Below are positions 61,112 to 64,000 of a DNA stretch of 64,000 nt, one piece after another. Source of the stretch: Methylococcaceae bacterium (GTDB lineage: Bacteria; Pseudomonadota; Gammaproteobacteria; Methylococcales; Methylomonadaceae). Positions within the stretch are counted from its first letter, which is position 1; each line of letters opens with the position of its first letter. The notes under the pieces were generated by a model. That model saw nothing but the letters and a program-made list of their open reading frames with translations. It did not search any database and had not been told where the DNA came from. The position numbers and the translations under genes were made by a program. The stretch is taken from assembly GCA_037129595.1 (NCBI GenBank), contig JBAXUR010000004.1:8965-72964 (forward strand), in the 5' to 3' direction.

Positions 61112-61257
61112 ATGCGTGCCGTATTTCACGCGGCTTAGTTACTGTGTCTGATTTTTCCAAAAAAAACACAGTTCGCACAGTATGGAGAAATCAAAAAAAA
61201 AGCCTCACAGTTTACCCACGGCACAAACTGTGTCGCATATCATCATCGAGGCACACC

Positions 61258-61470
61258 ATGTCACATAATAACGTACTACCACCGGGCGGCTTATCCAGGT
61301 TGTCCACATTGATGCCGGTTTTACCTTTTGGCAGCGCGACCTTATGGAGAAAAGTCAAAATCGGCGACTTCCCGGCGCCGATTAAAATTAGCGAAAACAT
61401 CACCTGCTGGCAAAATGATCTCGTTAATGATTGGTTTGCCTCGTGGAACAAAAAAGGCGGCACGCCATGA
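61258..61470 (+). CDS. alpA: AlpA family regulator / excisionase
   Basis: SATLWRKVK.GDFPAPIKIS....W....W; GAGG RBS; stop overlaps the next ATG (ATGA). Confidence 0.85.
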   Translation: MSHNNVLPPGGLSRLSTLMPVLPFGSATLWRKVKIGDFPAPIKISENITCWQNDLVNDWFASWNKKGGTP

Positions 61471-62363
61471 TTACCGAGGAGCAAAAACAAGCCCGGAAAA
61501 ACTTTATTGGTGCGAGTGATGCGGCGGCGGCTATTGGTTTGAATCCATACAAAACACCGCTTGATGTTTACCTGGAAAAAACCGGACAGGTCGAGCCGTT
61601 CGCTGGCAATGAGGCGACTTATTGGGGAAATTTGCTTGAGCCGATGGTAGCCATTCGCTATGAACTTGAAACCGGCCTTAAGTTACGTAAGCACGGCATG
61701 ACCATTGTTTCAAAAATATATCCGTTCATGGGTTGCCACATTGACCGCAAAGTAACAGGTCAGCCGGTTGTGGTTGAAATCAAGACCGGCGGCTTTTGGA
61801 CTCGCAACGATTGGGGGGGGTCCGGGACAGATCAAATCCCTGATAGTGTCCTTGTCCAAGTAACACACCAAATGATTGTCACTGACTTTAAAAAAGCCCT
61901 GGTTGCTGTTTTGTTGGGAGGTCAGGAGTTTAGGCATTATGAAATAGAGTTTGATGACAGCCTGGCACAAATCATCATCGACAAAGAACAAGCGTTCTGG
62001 CAATACGTAGTTGAACAAACCCCACCGCCACCGACCACCCAAAGCGATTTAAAGCAGCTTTATCCGAGCGACAACGGCGAAAGCATCACAGCCACACCGG
62101 ATATAGAGCATATAGTCGAGGCACTTAAAACCGCGAAGGATATAGAGAAGATCGCGGCGGGTAATGTTGACGGCCTGGAGCTGGAGCTTAAAAGTTTTAT
62201 TGGCAATAACACCACGCTGGTTGACGGCAAAGGTCAAACCCTAGCGAGCTGGAAGGCTCAGACTACGAACCGGATTGATACGAGCGAGCTTAAAAAAGAG
62301 CTTCCAGAAATTGCGGCAAAGTACACCAAGGCGACCGAAAGCCGCGTATTGAGGATTAAGTGA
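61467..62363 (+). CDS. YqaJ-like viral recombinase (lambda-exonuclease family)
   Basis: RKNFIGASDAAAAIGLNPYKTP, WGNLLEP, HIDR, VEIKT and QVTHQM motifs. Confidence 0.9.
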   Translation: MITEEQKQARKNFIGASDAAAAIGLNPYKTPLDVYLEKTGQVEPFAGNEATYWGNLLEPMVAIRYELETGLKLRKHGMTIVSKIYPFMGCHIDRKVTGQPVVVEIKTGGFWTRNDWGGSGTDQIPDSVLVQVTHQMIVTDFKKALVAVLLGGQEFRHYEIEFDDSLAQIIIDKEQAFWQYVVEQTPPPPTTQSDLKQLYPSDNGESITATPDIEHIVEALKTAKDIEKIAAGNVDGLELELKSFIGNNTTLVDGKGQTLASWKAQTTNRIDTSELKKELPEIAAKYTKATESRVLRIK

Positions 62364-62992
62364 TGGAAAATCTACCGATTACTCAAAACGACGAAATTAA
62401 AAATGAGGAAGTCAAAAAGTTTGAGCTGGCACAACGAAAGTCTTTAGCACTAATACAAAGTGGTTTATGCCCCGCGCATTTTAATGATGTTGGTAAGGTT
62501 TTAATTGCCTACGAGCTGGCTCAAATTTACGGTATGCACCCGTTACAGTTGATGCAGAGCTTGTTTATTATTCATGGCAAACCGGCTTTTGATTCAAAAT
62601 TTTATATTGCCCAGATCGTTTCAAGATACGGTCAAATCCACTATGAAATGACCGGAACCGGCGACGATGCGGCTTGTTATGTCTGGGCAATTGACGCCAC
62701 AACGGGCGAACAACTCAAAGGCTCAGAGGTAAGCATTGCAATGTCTAAAAAAGAAGGCTGGTACTCGAAAGCCGGGAGCAAATGGCCGACGATGCCAGAC
62801 TTGATGCTCAGGTATCGAGCGGCGGCGTTCTTTGCCCGATGTTACTTGCCCGATTTAATCCTGGGACTTCAAAGCGTGGATGAGATCAGGGACATTGAAA
62901 TAGACCCCGAGACCGGACAAGTTCAATCAGTCAAGACACGCGGCGTTAGGGGTTTAAAACAGCGATTGGCAGGAGGCGATGATGAAAAATGA
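62360..62992 (+). CDS. RecT/Red-beta-like single-strand annealing protein
   Basis: IIHGKP, EGW..K.GSKW.TMPDLMLRYRAAAFFAR..PD...G; translationally coupled to the YqaJ gene. Confidence 0.75.
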   Translation: MMENLPITQNDEIKNEEVKKFELAQRKSLALIQSGLCPAHFNDVGKVLIAYELAQIYGMHPLQLMQSLFIIHGKPAFDSKFYIAQIVSRYGQIHYEMTGTGDDAACYVWAIDATTGEQLKGSEVSIAMSKKEGWYSKAGSKWPTMPDLMLRYRAAAFFARCYLPDLILGLQSVDEIRDIEIDPETGQVQSVKTRGVRGLKQRLAGGDDEK

Positions 62993-64000
62993 AACTGAAG
63001 AAGAGCGCGTCGAAAAACTCAAAGCCATGTTTACGCGGCGTGAGGACGCACCCGAACCCGAACCGCAGCCGGAAACAAACCGACGGCCTAGACCGGAACG
63101 ATTGCCGCCGCTCAGAGTGGTTCCACCGCGCGAACCACCACCGGATCAAAATCGCCGGGACAACAACTTCCAATACCAGGATTATTCGCGGTCATTCGAG
63201 ACGGAGCCGCCAGTGCAAAAAAAGGATAAAAAGCCCATCGAGATCGTGACCATCGAGGAGTTCCTCAAGCATCAATTCCCGGTCAGGGAATACGTTTTTA
63301 ATCCGGTTTTTACATTGGGTAGCTGCAACATGATTTTCAGCGACCGTGGCGTAGGCAAAACCCACGTAGGGCTTGGTTTGGCTTATCCAGCCGCCAGCGG
63401 AACGCAGTTCTGGGATTGGAAGGCAACAAGGCCGTTTAAGACGCTATATATCGACGGCGAGATGCCGGGCGAGGCGCTACAAGAGCGGCTAGCCAAGATT
63501 GTCCAAGCAAGCGAGGCAGAACCATCACCGGATTTTTTTAAGCTCATCACGATTGATTTAAATGACGGCGCGATGCCCGATTTGTCTAACTTGGGAGGTC
63601 AACTTGAAATTGAAACCGCCTGTAATGAGGCGGAGTTAATCATTGTTGATAACCTGAGTTGTCTGGCGCGGTCTGGCAAAGAGAACGAAGCAGAGAGCTG
63701 GGGATCGTTGAGCCAGTGGGCTTTACGGATGCGTTCCCACGGTAAATGCGTAATTTTCATGCACCATGCCGGTAAAAGCGGGGCGCAACGTGGCACATCG
63801 AAGCGTGAGGACTTGTTGGACGTGGTGTTAGAACTGAAACGGCCTACAGACTACGTGAGCGACCAAGGCGCAAGGTTTATTGTGAACTTTTCAAAAGCAC
63901 GACACCTGATCGGCAACCAAGCTCAGTCTTTTGAGGCGTGGTTACGGTGCGATGAGGACGGGCGGCAAGTTTGGACTCTTAAGGCCGCGAGCGAGTCGAC
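62979..64000 (+). CDS. AAA (RepA/AAA_25-like) helicase, partial, runs off the window end
   Basis: Not in the ORF track (no stop codon in window). Manual translation MMKNETEEERVEKLK...; Walker A SDRGVGKT, LYIDGE, LIIVDNL, HHAGK.G.QRGTS; AGGAGG RBS at 62971. Confidence 0.85.
   Translation, partial: MMKNETEEERVEKLKAMFTRREDAPEPEPQPETNRRPRPERLPPLRVVPPREPPPDQNRRDNNFQYQDYSRSFETEPPVQKKDKKPIEIVTIEEFLKHQFPVREYVFNPVFTLGSCNMIFSDRGVGKTHVGLGLAYPAASGTQFWDWKATRPFKTLYIDGEMPGEALQERLAKIVQASEAEPSPDFFKLITIDLNDGAMPDLSNLGGQLEIETACNEAELIIVDNLSCLARSGKENEAESWGSLSQWALRMRSHGKCVIFMHHAGKSGAQRGTSKREDLLDVVLELKRPTDYVSDQGARFIVNFSKARHLIGNQAQSFEAWLRCDEDGRQVWTLKAASES

Larger units (their letters stand above)
58856..64000 (+). 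mobile_element. P4/PICI-like integrative element or cryptic prophage, left part (continues beyond the window)
   Basis: int-ORF-alpA-yqaJ-recT-like-helicase all co-oriented; visibly more GC-rich than the flank; left boundary approximate. Confidence 0.8.

Noticed and set aside
62989-63249. 86-aa ORF from the track
   Set aside because: It is a shadow frame of the longer AAA helicase ORF starting at 62979/62982, which has the RBS and Walker motifs.

Overview
A roughly 42% GC gammaproteobacterial chromosome segment. The protein repertoire resembles Methylococcales (Methylobacter-like), but this is my recall-based inference; no pmo/mxa marker is in the window. Bases 1-58.8 kb are mostly housekeeping genes: mlaA, rimK, NAD-IDH, moeA-mobB, nlpD-like-rpoS, topB-ssb, trhP, rraA-ispH-hslR, tusB/tusE, xseA, thpR, trkAH and nrdR-ribD-ribE-ribB-ribH-nusB-thiL-pgpA. 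Accessory blocks are an E. coli-type scpA-meaB-scpB-scpC succinate/propionate operon, a tandem pair of large dynamin-like GTPases, a sigma54-driven persulfide dioxygenase-rhodanese/SQR/SulP cluster, a VPLPA-CTERM protein, and a decayed hsdR fragment next to an internally deleted IS200-family element. From about 58.85 kb to the window end lies the left part of a P4/PICI-like integrative element (integrase, structured RNA, ORF, alpA, YqaJ exonuclease, RecT-like annealase, AAA helicase). Intergenic DNA is dense in REP/MITE repeats. The most novel signal is a family of 48-49 bp two-hairpin mini-elements with conserved TCC loops (GGA on the other strand, CsrA-site-like) and different but still base-paired stems. 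They insert into palindromic repeats and into each other, and empty and filled sites are both visible here. A DARS-like trio of DnaA boxes lies upstream of mlaA. I found no tRNA, rRNA or CRISPR array.
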